DNA from: Mycobacterium sp.
GTDB lineage: Bacteria > Actinomycetota > Actinomycetes > Mycobacteriales > Mycobacteriaceae
Length of the DNA stretch: 50,713 nt
Assembly: GCA_040398885.1 (NCBI GenBank)
Contig: JBBATF010000001.1
Direction: 5' to 3' (one strand)
The translations under genes were made by a program, and so were the position numbers. The first letter of the stretch is position 1. The number at the start of each line of letters is the position of its first letter. The notes beneath the pieces are model-generated. The model was given only the letters and a program-made list of their open reading frames with translations, had not been told where the DNA came from and did no database searches. This document shows positions 49,324 through 50,713 of the stretch, piece after piece.

Positions 49324-49878
49324 ATGCATAACAACACCAACACCGCGACCTGGCCGCACGACGACCTCGTGCACGGCTGGTGGGTCATCCCCGGCCGGCT
49401 GCTCGCCACCGAGTACCCCGGCGCCAAGGACGCCGGCAAGACGGCCCGCAAACTGCGGGCTCTGCGCGAGGCCGGCGTCAACTCCTTCGTCGACCTGACC
49501 GAAGCCGGGGAGATCACCCGCGGAGGCGTCCCGATGCGCCCCTATCGCGACGACCTCGACGACGGCGTGACCTACGAACGCTTCGCGATCCCGGATTGCG
49601 GCGTCGTCGACGACACCGAATACGACCGGATCCTGGCGCACATCCGAGCCGAACTCGATGCCGGCAAGGTGGTCGTGGCCCACTGCTGGGGCGGCAAGGG
49701 CCGCACCGGCACCGTGATCGGGGCCTGGCTCATCGACCACGAGGGTCTGGGCTATCCGGAGGTGCTGCACCGCATGCGGGACCTCCGGCACGGAACGCGC
49801 AAGGCGCACCACCGGGTTCCCGACACCGATGAACAAGACGCGGTGCTGCGGCGGCGTGCCCAGCGACGGGAGGCCTGA
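49324..49878 (+). CDS. Protein-tyrosine/dual-specificity phosphatase family protein
   Basis: HCWGGKGRTG (CX5R), AIPD general-acid loop; GAAAGGA RBS. Confidence 0.88.
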   Translation: MHNNTNTATWPHDDLVHGWWVIPGRLLATEYPGAKDAGKTARKLRALREAGVNSFVDLTEAGEITRGGVPMRPYRDDLDDGVTYERFAIPDCGVVDDTEYDRILAHIRAELDAGKVVVAHCWGGKGRTGTVIGAWLIDHEGLGYPEVLHRMRDLRHGTRKAHHRVPDTDEQDAVLRRRAQRREA

Positions 49879-49880
49879 TC

Positions 49881-50713
49881 ATGACCGACTGGTTCCGGCG
49901 CCTCACCGGCTTCACCGAGGACGGCTACACCTCCACCCGGCAGCGGCTTGCGATCGAGGGCGACGAGCTGGTGTCGCGAGTCAACGGCAAGCGCTACCGG
50001 ATCGGGGAGTTCACCCTGCCTACCGTCGCCGGGCTCCGCAGTCGGACGAATCCGGCTGGGGGGCAACCACAACCTGGGGGGCAACCTGGGGGACAACTTG
50101 GGGGACAACGCAGTACGGTTCGCGCCGTGATCGGGGAGGCCCGCAGTCTGCACTCCGATCCGCAGTTCGCCGGGGCGTTGTTCCAGGTGGCTTCCCAGTT
50201 CAATGCCTTGGAGATGGTCTCCGAGCACGTCACGCCGGAGGAGGGTGTCACCCGCTATGCATGGGACGCCACCCAGGGCCCGGCGTGCGCCATCGCTGCC
50301 GGTGCGGCCACCATCTATCGCAACTACTTCGTGCCGGTCGGCGATCAGATCGGGCAGACCGCCGACCGGCAGGTCGACGCGTTGGCCGGGGTGGGTGCGG
50401 CGCTGGCGGAGTTGACCGGCCTTCCGGTCGGGGCGCTGTGGACGATGAGCAACGGCTATGCGCTGTGCACCGAGCGGGGGCTCACGGCGATCGGCGCGGT
50501 TCTGCAGGACGCCACCGAGGAGGTCCGCGACAGCCTGCGCGGGCAGCTGTCCATCGGTCTGCACCGTGACGTAGAGGTCACCGACGTGGACGCTCCGCCG
50601 CGCCGACTGGTCTCCCAGGCGTTCTGTTCGGCACTGCCCCTGGGGTATTCGCGGCTGCCCCGATCACAGTGGGAGCCGTTCGCCCGGCTGATCCTGGAGG
50701 CCACCTACGAGGC
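49881..50713 (+). CDS. Conserved hypothetical protein (FQVASQFN family; putative macrodomain-like); runs off the window and is absent from the ORF track
   Basis: Manual translation from ATG 49881: MTDWFRRLTGFTE...ALFQVASQFNALEM...YAWDATQGPACAIAAG..YRNY; GGGAGG RBS. Confidence 0.75.
   Translation, partial: MTDWFRRLTGFTEDGYTSTRQRLAIEGDELVSRVNGKRYRIGEFTLPTVAGLRSRTNPAGGQPQPGGQPGGQLGGQRSTVRAVIGEARSLHSDPQFAGALFQVASQFNALEMVSEHVTPEEGVTRYAWDATQGPACAIAAGAATIYRNYFVPVGDQIGQTADRQVDALAGVGAALAELTGLPVGALWTMSNGYALCTERGLTAIGAVLQDATEEVRDSLRGQLSIGLHRDVEVTDVDAPPRRLVSQAFCSALPLGYSRLPRSQWEPFARLILEATYE
50056..50109 (+). repeat. In-frame 12-bp G-tract repeat (caac(c/t)tggggg(g/a)), about 4 copies
   Basis: Encodes GGQPQPGGQPGGQLGGQ; G-runs at 50058-63, 50076-81, 50088-92 and 50100-04. 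Confidence 0.85.

Overview
High-GC (~69%, estimated by eye) chromosomal segment from a mycobacterium, probably an environmental Mycolicibacterium-type rapid grower. Roughly 1-31 kb follows the M. tuberculosis Rv1878-Rv1909c neighbourhood (glnA3, cyp140, Rv1883c-, Rv1890c-, Rv1891- and Rv1894c-like genes, cinA, Rv1904- and Rv1906c-like genes, katG, furA), with extra genes such as cyp124, pepA, an L,D-transpeptidase, fdxA, a GMC oxidase, modA and mpt53-ccdA. Recognisable KstR, DosR and FurA operators and several leaderless promoters are present. From ~32.5 kb the region becomes accessory. It contains a small islet with a DUF3800-like RNase H-fold gene followed immediately by a multi-stem putative ncRNA, a GT2, a zinc metalloprotease with a PEP-CTERM-like tail, and a decayed mosaic (PAS-SpoIIE gene plus three pseudogene fragments). 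At the right edge is an NrtR-type regulator divergent from an HTH / tyrosine phosphatase / putative macrodomain-like gene cluster. No rRNA, tRNA, CRISPR array, integrase or transposase was seen. Family assignments come from motif recognition and recalled homologs, not database searches.
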